Shown: positions 26,180 to 34,675 of the stretch, one piece after another
Numbering within the stretch: the stretch's first letter is position 1
How the letters are laid out: every line of letters starts with the position of its first letter
Assembly (NCBI GenBank): GCA_017516865.1
Contig: JAFXAU010000025.1
Coordinates: forward strand, 57,971-121,970
Reading direction: 5' to 3'
DNA: 64,000 nt
Source: Bacteroidales bacterium
GTDB taxonomy: Bacteria; Bacteroidota; Bacteroidia; Bacteroidales; UBA1715
Made by a program: the position numbers and the translations under genes
The notes under the pieces: generated by a model
Seen by the model: the letters and a program-made list of their open reading frames with translations, nothing else
Databases searched by the model: none
What the model was told of the DNA's origin: nothing

Positions 26180-29100
26180 TTATTCCACAATAATTTTAAC
26201 TATTTGTTTGCCAACCGTCACGACATACACTCCGTCAAGTTTGACAGATACCGAGAAATTATCTTGTTTCTGTGCATTCACAAGTTTGTGACCGTTAATG
26301 TCGTAAACCGTGATTTCTAAGCAATCGGGATTGTTCACGTAGATTGTGTGACCGACAGAATAGACATTTGCGTTGGATTCTGCAATCGTGCGAATGGCAA
26401 CATCTTCGAGGGTTTCAACTTCTGCAATGTTGGAAATAGCAAGAACAAACGGTCCCGATTCGGCTTTCAGGAACTGGGTTTTCGGATTTACCACTTCGGG
26501 TAGTTTTACGCCGACGTAGTATGAAATCACGTTGCTGATTGCCGTATCGACAGTGTATGACGTGAAGTTTGCCGAAAGCGTAGCCAAGGTATCGACAAGG
26601 ATTTTGCCGTTTTCCTTGTGTTTGCACATCACTATAAACGACTCGTAATCAATACCTTCGTATGCGTTCCAAATCAGGTTCGTCTGATTTTTATTCTCCT
26701 CGGTGTCGGCACCGGCAACTTTGGCAATGTGCATCGTGGTGTGATGCTCGCTCATCTCGGTTTCCTCGCCGCACACGTCGGTTGCGGAAATCTTGTATCG
26801 CCACGGTTGAATGTTCGGATCGGCTTCTTCATCTTCGTAAACGCTTAATTCCGAATATTTTACCTGTGCAATTTCTTCAAAAACATCTTTTCTTTCCGAT
26901 TCACGGTAAATCGTGTAGAAATCTATCAAGTCGGTGTTTTCCTTCAACCAAACCACCAAGTTCTTGCCCGTTTGTTCGCTCACGGTCACGAGGGCGATTT
27001 CGGGCTGTTTCAACGAAATTGAAGGAACGGTTACGTCCAATGTTGCAGTACAATTGTTCTCGTCGGTCACAACCAGAGTGTAGTCGCCTACACTGACGTT
27101 CATCAAATTCTTGCTTGAACGGCCATTGTTCCAATGATAGATAAGATTGTCGTCACCGCTGATGATTACCGCTCCGCTCTTTTCGTTGCAGGCGGTAGAA
27201 ATGACATTAGATACAGTAACAACGGGTGCTTCTGGTTCTACCAAAGTATAATTATCACTGATTTGGCAGCCAGTTTCGGTGTTGGTTATCACAACGTAAT
27301 AGTCGCCTTCTGCAAGGTTGGCAACGTTTTGCGTAGTTGCCTCGTTGCTCCACGCAAATGAGGCGTTTTCGGCACCTGTCAAGGTAATTGAGATTGCACC
27401 GTCGGCGTTGGAGCAAGTAGGATTTTTGATTTTTGCCGACATCTTCATTTCTTCTGGTTGAGAAACCGTGAATGTTTTGTTGTAAACACAATTTTCGTTA
27501 TCGGTTATTACGACTGAATAGTTACCAGCAACTATGTTGCGAATCGTGTCTTCCACCGAAGTTTCGTTTTCCCATTTCGTTGTGTATGGTTCAGCCGCGT
27601 TCGTCACCTTCAGGGCGATTTCGCCGTCGCTTTCGCCGAAGCAAGACACGTTTGTGATTGTTTCCTCAACTTGAATGTTGCAAGCAAGTACGACAGTTGC
27701 CGTCGCCTTCACCGTGTTCTTTTCGCCGTTTGGCAATGTCGCCGTCACGGTGATTTCTGCTGAACCTTCGTATTCATACACAGTAAGGAACAGTTTGCCG
27801 TCGCTCACTGTTGCCGCCACCACGTTTGGAGCGGAACTTGCGGCACTGTATGAAATTTCACTACCTTCGGTAGTGACGAAAAGGTCGGTAAGGTCGATTG
27901 GAGCAGCTTCTCTTTCTGTTTTTAGCGTTGGGATTTCGAGAACGCCACTGATTTGAACTTTCTCTTTCTCCTTGAAGTTGGCAACCAATGTCGTGTCTTT
28001 CGTCACCGTCAGCTGTATTCTCTCGTCTTTCAGCTCTCCGTTGTTCCAGCCGATGAACTCGTAGCCCTCGTTGGCAACTGCCTTCAGCGTCGCAGTCGAT
28101 TTGTATTCAACATAACCTTCGCCTATGACGGTTCCCATAATCTTGCTGTAATCAACGGAAACTTTGTACTCGTTGATAGTCCATTTGGCGTAGAACGTCT
28201 TGTCGCCTGTTTCGCTCGACAAGATTGACAATATGGTTGAACCGATATACGATGAATTGCTGTACCAGCCAGCAAATGTGTAGCCCTCTTTGGTCACGTC
28301 GGTCGGCAAGGTTGCGCCTTTACCATATTCGTAACGTTCTATATTTTGTCCTTCGGCGATTGTGCCTTCGTTGGTTACAAGAGTTACTTTATAAGTGTTT
28401 ACAATCCAATTTGCATAAAATGCTTTATTACCGAGTTCGACAGACGAAATCATTGCAACGCGTTCGCCTTCAAATTCGGCATTGTCGTACCAGCCGTCGA
28501 AGGTGAAACCTGTTTTTGTCACATCGCTTGGAAGAATTACGGTCGTGCCGTAGATGTAGTTTTTCACATTTCCGTTGTTGATTGTTCCACCGTTTGGTTC
28601 GAACGTGATTGAATATGAATTAACAAGCCAATTTGCATAGAATGCCTTATCGCCGATTTCGTTTGAAGAGATTGATTGAACGGCCGAACCGAGATATGAC
28701 GAATTGGTGTACCAGCCGCCGAACGTGTAGCCGTCTCTCGTAATATTTGTAGGCAAGGTTGCTCCTTTGCCGTAGGTGTATCGTTCCACATTGCCAGAAT
28801 TGATAACGCCACCGTTGGTTTCGAGAGTTACGATGTACGAATTCACGTTCCAGTTAGCATAAAAGGTGAGATTTCCCGTCTTCGACTCGGAAATGCGTGT
28901 GACGCGTGCCGTTGCGCAGTCTTTGTCGGCGTACCAGCCATCGAAGGTGTAGCCGGTCTTGGTCACGTCGGACGGGAGCGGAATGCCGTAGCCGTAGGTG
29001 TAGTTCGCCACGTTGCCCGAGTTGATGGTTCCGCCATTCGCTTCGAGTGTGACGGTGTATGAGTTCACATTCCATTTTGCCCAAAATTCCTTGTTACCGA

Positions 29101-32100
29101 TTTCGGTTGACGAAATTGCCTGCACGGCTTCGCCTACATACGCCGAATTGGTGTACCAGCCGCCGAAGGTGTAGCCCTCGCGTGTAGGAACAGGCAGTGT
29201 GATTTCGCTGCCTATGCGGTAGGTGGCGGGAACGTCGTCGTCGCCAATGGTGCCGCCGTTGTAGTTGAGCGTGATGTCGTAGTCAACCACGCTCCAGTCG
29301 GCCCAAAATTCGCGTTCGCCAAATTCGGTTGTGGAAATAAGCGTGACGGGGTTACCCGTACGTTGTTCGTTGTCGTACCAACCACGGAACAGATAGCCAC
29401 GTTGCGTAACGTCGGCTGGAAGAACCACGCCCACGGTGTAGGTGTACGAGTCAACCACCACGTTGTTTATAGTGCCGCCGTTGGTGTGGAACGTGATTGG
29501 ATAATCCTGTTCCTTCCAACGAGCCCAGAACTGCTTGTCGCCCAAGTCGGTGTCGGTGATTTCGGTGAACGCCGAGCCGATGAAGCTTGAATTGTCGTAC
29601 CAGCCGGCAAAGTCGTAGCCAGTCTTTGTCACATTTGAAGGAAGTTCCGTGCGTCTGCCGTATTTATAGAGCACCACGTTGCCGCTGTTGATTGTGCCGC
29701 CGTTGGTGTGCAAGGTCACAAAGTAACCGTTTTCCTCCCATTTTGCCCAAAATTCCTTGTTGCCGAACTCAGCCACGGAAACCATGCTCACCGCGTCGCC
29801 CTCGCAGAGTTCGTTGTCGTACCAGCCGGCGAACATGTGGCCGTCGCGCTCCATATTGGAGTACGACGGAAGAACAGCACCCACGCCGAAAGTGTAGTTC
29901 GCCACATTACCAGTAATGATGGTTCCGCCGTTTTCGTGGAGCGTAATCCCATACGTTATCGGGTTCCATTTTGCATAGAATGTCTTGTCGCCGTATTCCG
30001 ACGAGGCGATTTTTGTGACAGCCGTGCCTGTGCAGTTCACGTTGGCGAACCAGCCGCCGAAGGTACAGCCGTCCTTCTTGATGGCGGGAAGCGTGACTTC
30101 GGTGCCGTAGTGGTACGAAGTGGCATAGTCGTCGGTGGTGATGGTTCCGCCGTTGTTGTTGAACGAGATTACATAGTCGCGAACCGTCCAGAAGGCGTAG
30201 AGCGTAATGTCGGACGTGTTTTTATAGCGTGCCACAGCCGATTTTCCCTCATACGTGTAATACTGCACGCCGCCGCCGTTCTCCTCGGTGAAATATCCGC
30301 CGAAGGCGTATCCAACGCTGTCGGGACAGATAACGACCTGCAACGGTGCGTCGTAGGTCGCCTCGATTGAAGCCGTGCCGAGCGTGGTCGGCTCACCTTG
30401 GCTGAATGTTACGGTGTAGGTGTTAGGTTTCCACACGGCGAAAAGTTCCACCACCTCGTTGTTCACGTCGGTGAGGTTCTTCACGCTCTGACCGTCGGTG
30501 TAGGTGATTGACGACGCCTGTGCGGCCGTAGCCCAGCCGAGGAACTCGTAACCCGTGCGGGTGTAGGTGTTCGCAGCAAGCGGCGACTCGGCGTCGTAGG
30601 TGCAGGCGCTGTTAGGCATTGGCTCGGAACCGTCGGCACCTGCGGGATTGTATGCTATGTAGTACGTGTTTGTGGTCCATTTTGCGTAGAAAGTCTTGTC
30701 GCCCATATCGGTGGCGCCGATGGAATAGACGGGGTCGCCCGTGAGTTCGGCATTGGGATACCAGCCGTAGAACGTGTAGCCGGGCTTTTCAAGCACGGGG
30801 AGCTGCAGGGCGGTGCCATAGACGTGCGTTGTCACGTCGATGTCCGACGAAAGTTCCGCACCGTTGCCCACGAGCGTCACCTTGAACTGTTTCGGGCTCC
30901 ATTTTGCGTAGAAAGTCTTGTTGCCCATATCGGTGGGATAGATTTCCGCCACGGGGCTTCCCGTAAGGGATTCGCTGGCGAACCAGCCCTCGAAGTTGTG
31001 GCCGGTCTTTTCGATGTTGGTAGGCAGCGTGGCTCCCACCGAATAGGTGTAGCGGCCGAAATTGCCGTCGATTATGGTACCGCCGTTAGGATTGAGCGAA
31101 ACGGCGTAGGTGGGATACATTCTGAAGTTAGGCACGGAATTGTTGGCCGAAATTGACGAAACCGAGGCGGTATTGCCGCAGGCGTCGGTAACGGTGCCGT
31201 TGATGCCCGTAACCTTCACAGTTCCCGTGATGCCCGAAGCCGCCGTGGTTGTGAGGTCGGAGTAGAACACCAGCGTGTTGGTGTTGAGACCGCAGGCATA
31301 GTTGAACGAGAACGCCCGCGAGCCGATGCTGACCGATGCGCCCGAAACGTTGCCCGTGACAGGTTCGTTGAAGTGGACAGCCACATAGAGTCGTTCGCCG
31401 CTGGTGTAAATACGGTTGACGTTCGCCGAAATTCCCGTGATGACGGGGGCGGCGTTGTCGTACATTTTTATATTTGCAACAACAGGTTCAGATATATTTG
31501 CATAATCCGCAAGCATTATAAAACCTATGTGTTTTGTCGGGTCAATGTCCACAATCCAGCCATCGGTAACGTTCGATGTGTAACTGGGATTAACAACATA
31601 TGATGGTGCTGAATTCCAGTCACTATGACCTTGAGCATCTGGTTTACTCTTACTTGGAATTACATAAGTTAAATACCAACTGTAATCTTTACGATGATAA
31701 AAATATGCATTAACAAGATTTTGATTTAACCCTACAGGACTACAACTCTCATAATGGCGATACCCCACTATACTTTCAACCGCAAGTTCACTGGATTTTC
31801 CATCTAACGTAACACCAATGGCCTGATCTTGATCGTAAGATTGACCTCTTAGATAATAAGTAAATTGTAGGTTAAAATCGTATTTTGCTGTTTGGTCGGT
31901 AAGGGTATAATATAATTTTTGAGAATCGGTAAATGCGTCACCTATGGCATTGCTACATACACGTTCAGTTTTTGTTCGTACATGAAAATATAGTCCGTCA
32001 TCCCAAGTTCCATACGAACCAGCAGGACAAATAGTCTGTTGTGAAGTCACAGAGATATCGCTTGCCGAAATAACCGTAGCGTCGTCCCACCAGCCAGTGG

Positions 32101-32452
32101 CGCGAGGCGTGTTGGCCATGGAGTTGTTGTGAATGCAGAAATAGAACAGTCGCGAGATGCCCGACTCGAGGTTGAATTTATCAATGGAAGCAACGGAATA
32201 GAGCGGCACGGTAACGATTTTGGAGTATTCGCCAGCGGCGAAGTCAAGTCGTCCCGCCACGTCCTCGTAGTGAATGCCCGCCACGGCGCTACCGCTCTGC
32301 GTGTAGTATTCCACCCAGCTCGCCGCCGAAGCGTCGCTACGCGAAATGGTGAACACGTTTCCTCCCGAAACCGAGACGGTGAAGGAGTCGGGGTCGGCAA
32401 AGGCGGCAAGGGCCATTGCCATGAGAATGAATAAGGTAGATAATTTTTTCAT
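26180..32452 (-). CDS. Giant secreted surface protein: Calx-beta-like N-terminus, 13 InlB-B/Flg_new repeats plus one divergent repeat, 3 SprB-like repeats, FN3-like pair, T9SS-type CTD
   Basis: Signal peptide; YYTQSGSAVAG.HY...G.L.F..GE; repeated NGG...LP...K.GY.F.GWY...FYA.W; NVSCFGESDG; terminal VYDING...GVYVV.VG...KIIVE. Confidence 0.88.
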   Translation of the reverse strand: MKKLSTLFILMAMALAAFADPDSFTVSVSGGNVFTISRSDASAASWVEYYTQSGSAVAGIHYEDVAGRLDFAAGEYSKIVTVPLYSVASIDKFNLESGISRLFYFCIHNNSMANTPRATGWWDDATVISASDISVTSQQTICPAGSYGTWDDGLYFHVRTKTERVCSNAIGDAFTDSQKLYYTLTDQTAKYDFNLQFTYYLRGQSYDQDQAIGVTLDGKSSELAVESIVGYRHYESCSPVGLNQNLVNAYFYHRKDYSWYLTYVIPSKSKPDAQGHSDWNSAPSYVVNPSYTSNVTDGWIVDIDPTKHIGFIMLADYANISEPVVANIKMYDNAAPVITGISANVNRIYTSGERLYVAVHFNEPVTGNVSGASVSIGSRAFSFNYACGLNTNTLVFYSDLTTTAASGITGTVKVTGINGTVTDACGNTASVSSISANNSVPNFRMYPTYAVSLNPNGGTIIDGNFGRYTYSVGATLPTNIEKTGHNFEGWFASESLTGSPVAEIYPTDMGNKTFYAKWSPKQFKVTLVGNGAELSSDIDVTTHVYGTALQLPVLEKPGYTFYGWYPNAELTGDPVYSIGATDMGDKTFYAKWTTNTYYIAYNPAGADGSEPMPNSACTYDAESPLAANTYTRTGYEFLGWATAAQASSITYTDGQSVKNLTDVNNEVVELFAVWKPNTYTVTFSQGEPTTLGTASIEATYDAPLQVVICPDSVGYAFGGYFTEENGGGVQYYTYEGKSAVARYKNTSDITLYAFWTVRDYVISFNNNGGTITTDDYATSYHYGTEVTLPAIKKDGCTFGGWFANVNCTGTAVTKIASSEYGDKTFYAKWNPITYGITLHENGGTIITGNVANYTFGVGAVLPSYSNMERDGHMFAGWYDNELCEGDAVSMVSVAEFGNKEFWAKWEENGYFVTLHTNGGTINSGNVVLYKYGRRTELPSNVTKTGYDFAGWYDNSSFIGSAFTEITDTDLGDKQFWARWKEQDYPITFHTNGGTINNVVVDSYTYTVGVVLPADVTQRGYLFRGWYDNEQRTGNPVTLISTTEFGEREFWADWSVVDYDITLNYNGGTIGDDDVPATYRIGSEITLPVPTREGYTFGGWYTNSAYVGEAVQAISSTEIGNKEFWAKWNVNSYTVTLEANGGTINSGNVANYTYGYGIPLPSDVTKTGYTFDGWYADKDCATARVTRISESKTGNLTFYANWNVNSYIVTLETNGGVINSGNVERYTYGKGATLPTNITRDGYTFGGWYTNSSYLGSAVQSISSNEIGDKAFYANWLVNSYSITFEPNGGTINNGNVKNYIYGTTVILPSDVTKTGFTFDGWYDNAEFEGERVAMISSVELGNKAFYANWIVNTYKVTLVTNEGTIAEGQNIERYEYGKGATLPTDVTKEGYTFAGWYSNSSYIGSTILSILSSETGDKTFYAKWTINEYKVSVDYSKIMGTVIGEGYVEYKSTATLKAVANEGYEFIGWNNGELKDERIQLTVTKDTTLVANFKEKEKVQISGVLEIPTLKTEREAAPIDLTDLFVTTEGSEISYSAASSAPNVVAATVSDGKLFLTVYEYEGSAEITVTATLPNGEKNTVKATATVVLACNIQVEETITNVSCFGESDGEIALKVTNAAEPYTTKWENETSVEDTIRNIVAGNYSVVITDNENCVYNKTFTVSQPEEMKMSAKIKNPTCSNADGAISITLTGAENASFAWSNEATTQNVANLAEGDYYVVITNTETGCQISDNYTLVEPEAPVVTVSNVISTACNEKSGAVIISGDDNLIYHWNNGRSSKNLMNVSVGDYTLVVTDENNCTATLDVTVPSISLKQPEIALVTVSEQTGKNLVVWLKENTDLIDFYTIYRESERKDVFEEIAQVKYSELSVYEDEEADPNIQPWRYKISATDVCGEETEMSEHHTTMHIAKVAGADTEENKNQTNLIWNAYEGIDYESFIVMCKHKENGKILVDTLATLSANFTSYTVDTAISNVISYYVGVKLPEVVNPKTQFLKAESGPFVLAISNIAEVETLEDVAIRTIAESNANVYSVGHTIYVNNPDCLEITVYDINGHKLVNAQKQDNFSVSVKLDGVYVVTVGKQIVKIIVE

Positions 32453-32483
32453 ATTTGTTTATTTTGTATGTTTCGTTTTTTAT

Positions 32484-32511
32484 GTAGAGACGCGATTAAT
32501 CGCGTCTCTAC
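32484..32511. repeat. 28-bp perfect palindrome GTAGAGACGCGATTAATCGCGTCTCTAC, GTAG-REP-like
   Basis: Perfect palindrome in the 5' region of the 2090-aa gene; near-identical to 5842-5869. Confidence 0.88.
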
Positions 32512-32573
32512 GAAAACGGGTGCAAGATAGGAAAAATAATGCGAAATGTTCAAGGCGGAATTATAAAAACAGA

Positions 32574-32658
32574 GAGGTTCTTCACTACACAATATCGTTT
32601 CGGGGAGGAGGTTCCTCACTACGCAATATCGTTTCAGTAAGGAGATTCTTCACTACGC
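32574..32658 (+). repeat. Three tandem 34-bp-period units (GAGGTTCYTCACTACRCAATATCGTTTC)
   Basis: Units start at 32574, 32608 and 32642; the third is partial and forms the left end of the nested inverted repeat. Confidence 0.8.
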
Positions 32659-32792
32659 TGCGCTTCGTTCGGAATGACGGCCGCATAGAATATAATAAAG
32701 GAAGGAGTCAGATGCGGCGAAGCCGCATCTGACTCCTTCCCTGTCGCCCTTCCCATTATGGTCGCGTCATTCCGACCGAAGGGAGGAATCTC
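32642..32792. mobile_element. MITE-like nested inverted repeat (151 bp)
   Basis: Outer arms GAGATTCTTC..CTTCGTTCGGAATGAC / GTCATTCCGACCGAAG.GAGGAATCTC; inner perfect 19-bp stem 32700-32740 with GAA loop; mobility itself is inferred. Confidence 0.55.
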
Positions 32793-32815
32793 ATCAAAAA
32801 AAGGTGGAGTTTTTA

Positions 32816-32846
32816 TTGACAACGGGAGGATTTGGTTGTATATTTG
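32816..32846 (+). promoter_or_regulatory. Bacteroidota promoter TTG-N20-TATATTTG with no long ORF downstream
   Basis: TTG 32816-32818, TATATTTG 32839-32846. Confidence 0.7.
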
Positions 32847-32850
32847 CGTC

Positions 32851-32979
32851 GTTCTTATGTATCAACATAAAGGCGTAAGCCCTGAACCATTCGAGCAACC
32901 ACCGATTAAATTCGGGAAATCTGCCACTACGGTGAAGCAAGATTATTAAAGGGAGGTCTAACTCCCTTTATTTATTTTT
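32851..32979 (+). ncRNA. Candidate structured small RNA (~125 nt) convergent with the nuclease gene
   Basis: Promoter upstream; GTTC/GAAC closes TTATGT-ATCA-ACATAA and GGC-GTAA-GCC (GNRA); CCGA/TCGG; AATCT.GC.CAC-TACG-GTG..GC.AGATT (cUNCGg); terminator TAAAGGGAG/CTCCCTTTA plus T-rich tail. Confidence 0.65.
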
Positions 32980-33660
32980 ATTCCATACCGTTTTGAATGA
33001 CTTTAAAAATGTTTTTGCCACGAACATCTTCTTTGATACTTGTATCAACCGAGATCCTTTCAGCAAAAAGATTTCTTGTAGCACTGGATAAGACTCGAAA
33101 GCATTTTTTATTTCTTTCATTATATAATTCGTTTTCGTAGTTCCAATTATATCTATTACAAGTCTATTTGACTGTTCGCAACCTTTCTCAATCAAATGGT
33201 CAAGGGAGTTTTTGCCGTCGAGGGTTTTGCCTTCCACATAGTATAGTTTGTTATTCTGTCGCAGGACAAAATCCGCACTTTTCGTGGATGTGGGATTCGG
33301 CAGCAGAAAGACATCGAACTTGTTTGCCACGAGTTTTTGGGCAATTACAAGATTCTTGGGCATTTCGCCAGAAAGAAGAATGTCGTCGTACTGGCTGATG
33401 TTCAAGCCATAGACGGCATTTTCGGGTGTTGAATACCGTTTTAACACCTGAAACTCAGGGTTTTCCACTATCCATTGCAAAACGGAGACTTTTTCCTTAT
33501 TCGTCGGGCATGCGTAATAATCCTTGATTGCCTTGTTGATTGACGTGCCCGCATACGGCGGTTTTTCGGTCGGCCTATACTCGCCAACCGGTTCTGCCAC
33601 AATATTATCTTGAATGGAATCCTCACTGTTTGGATTCTCATACGTTACGACTATTTCCAT
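32968..33660 (-). CDS. Stand-alone PD-(D/E)XK nuclease, CdiA C-terminal tRNase-like
   Basis: VFLLPNP..TKSADFVL...YVEGKT...SLDHLIEKG.EQ..RLVIDI pattern; own promoter TTG-N20-TATCTTTG ends 4 nt before the ATG (leaderless). Confidence 0.65.
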   Translation of the reverse strand: MEIVVTYENPNSEDSIQDNIVAEPVGEYRPTEKPPYAGTSINKAIKDYYACPTNKEKVSVLQWIVENPEFQVLKRYSTPENAVYGLNISQYDDILLSGEMPKNLVIAQKLVANKFDVFLLPNPTSTKSADFVLRQNNKLYYVEGKTLDGKNSLDHLIEKGCEQSNRLVIDIIGTTKTNYIMKEIKNAFESYPVLQEIFLLKGSRLIQVSKKMFVAKTFLKSFKTVWNKNK

Positions 33661-33748
33661 AGGGCAAAGATATGGAAATAATGAGAAATGCTCAATGGGG
33701 AATGCGGAATTATGAAAACAGAGAGATTTGATAATTACTATTACAACA

Positions 33749-33776
33749 AAAAGGGGCGAACAACTTCGCCCCTTTT
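33749..33776 (-). terminator. Intrinsic terminator of the atp operon
   Basis: AAAAGGGGCGAA-CAAC-TTCGCCCCTTTT, just downstream of the atpG stop. Confidence 0.9.
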
Positions 33777-33799
33777 AAAAAACATATTTCAAGTGATTT

Positions 33800-34669
33800 T
33801 TATCCCTTCAATGCATTGGCACCGCTTACTATTTCGTTCAATTCGTTCGTAATGGCTGCCTGGCGGGCTTTGTTGTATTCAATTTTCAACTCTTTCAATA
33901 GTTCGCTTGCGTTGTCTGTAGCCTTATGCATTGCGGTCATTCTGGCGCCATGTTCCGAAGCAAACGATTCCAACAGAACATTGTAGAACTGTGTACGCAA
34001 CGATTTAGGAATCAATTCGTTTACAATGTATTCTTTGTTTGGTTCAAAGATGTAGTCGTAATTGATTTTTTTGCTTGTCGATGCTTCTGTTTGTTCTATT
34101 GGCAGATATTGACTTGTCGTTATGATTTGCGTTGCCGCATTTTTGAATTTATTATAAACCACGACGATTTTGTCGTATGCACCCGAAGCAAAGGATTCCA
34201 TCAGTTCCGATGATATTTTTGTGGATTCATCATACGTGAGCTTGTCGAAAATTTCGGCAAACACTTTTTTGGGGACAATGCCCTTACTTTTCATCGAATC
34301 AGCCACTTTTTTCCCAATTGCGAACACATCGACATTGCAGCCTGCATAGTCGTTTTGAGCGAGTGTCACAACGGTTTTTCCGATGCTGGAGTTGAAACCG
34401 CCGCAAAGTCCGCTGTTCGATGCAACTGCAACTATCAGCACTTTGTTTTGTGGGCGGACAACAGAATACGGATTGCCTTCGTTCGATTCGAGGCCGTTGC
34501 TTACATTTTGCAAGATCTCCTGCAATTTGTCGGAATACGGTCTCATTTGCAATACCGCCTGCTGAGCCTTGCGCAGTTTCGCCGCCGACACCATCTTCAT
34601 GGCACTGGTTATTTTCTGCGTACTGGCTACAGAAGCGATTCTATTGCGTATTTCTTTAATACCTGCCAT
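33800..34669 (-). CDS. atpG: ATP synthase F1 gamma subunit
   Basis: KITSAMKMVSAAK, GLCGGFN, SEHGARMTAM, YNKARQAAIT.E. Confidence 0.98.
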   Translation of the reverse strand: MAGIKEIRNRIASVASTQKITSAMKMVSAAKLRKAQQAVLQMRPYSDKLQEILQNVSNGLESNEGNPYSVVRPQNKVLIVAVASNSGLCGGFNSSIGKTVVTLAQNDYAGCNVDVFAIGKKVADSMKSKGIVPKKVFAEIFDKLTYDESTKISSELMESFASGAYDKIVVVYNKFKNAATQIITTSQYLPIEQTEASTSKKINYDYIFEPNKEYIVNELIPKSLRTQFYNVLLESFASEHGARMTAMHKATDNASELLKELKIEYNKARQAAITNELNEIVSGANALKG

Positions 34670-34675
34670 ACGGGA

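Noticed and set aside
32574-32658. Possible mini-CRISPR (28-bp repeats at a regular period)
   Set aside because: Only ~6 nt between repeats, so no spacers; no cas genes; explained as a triplicated end of the adjacent element
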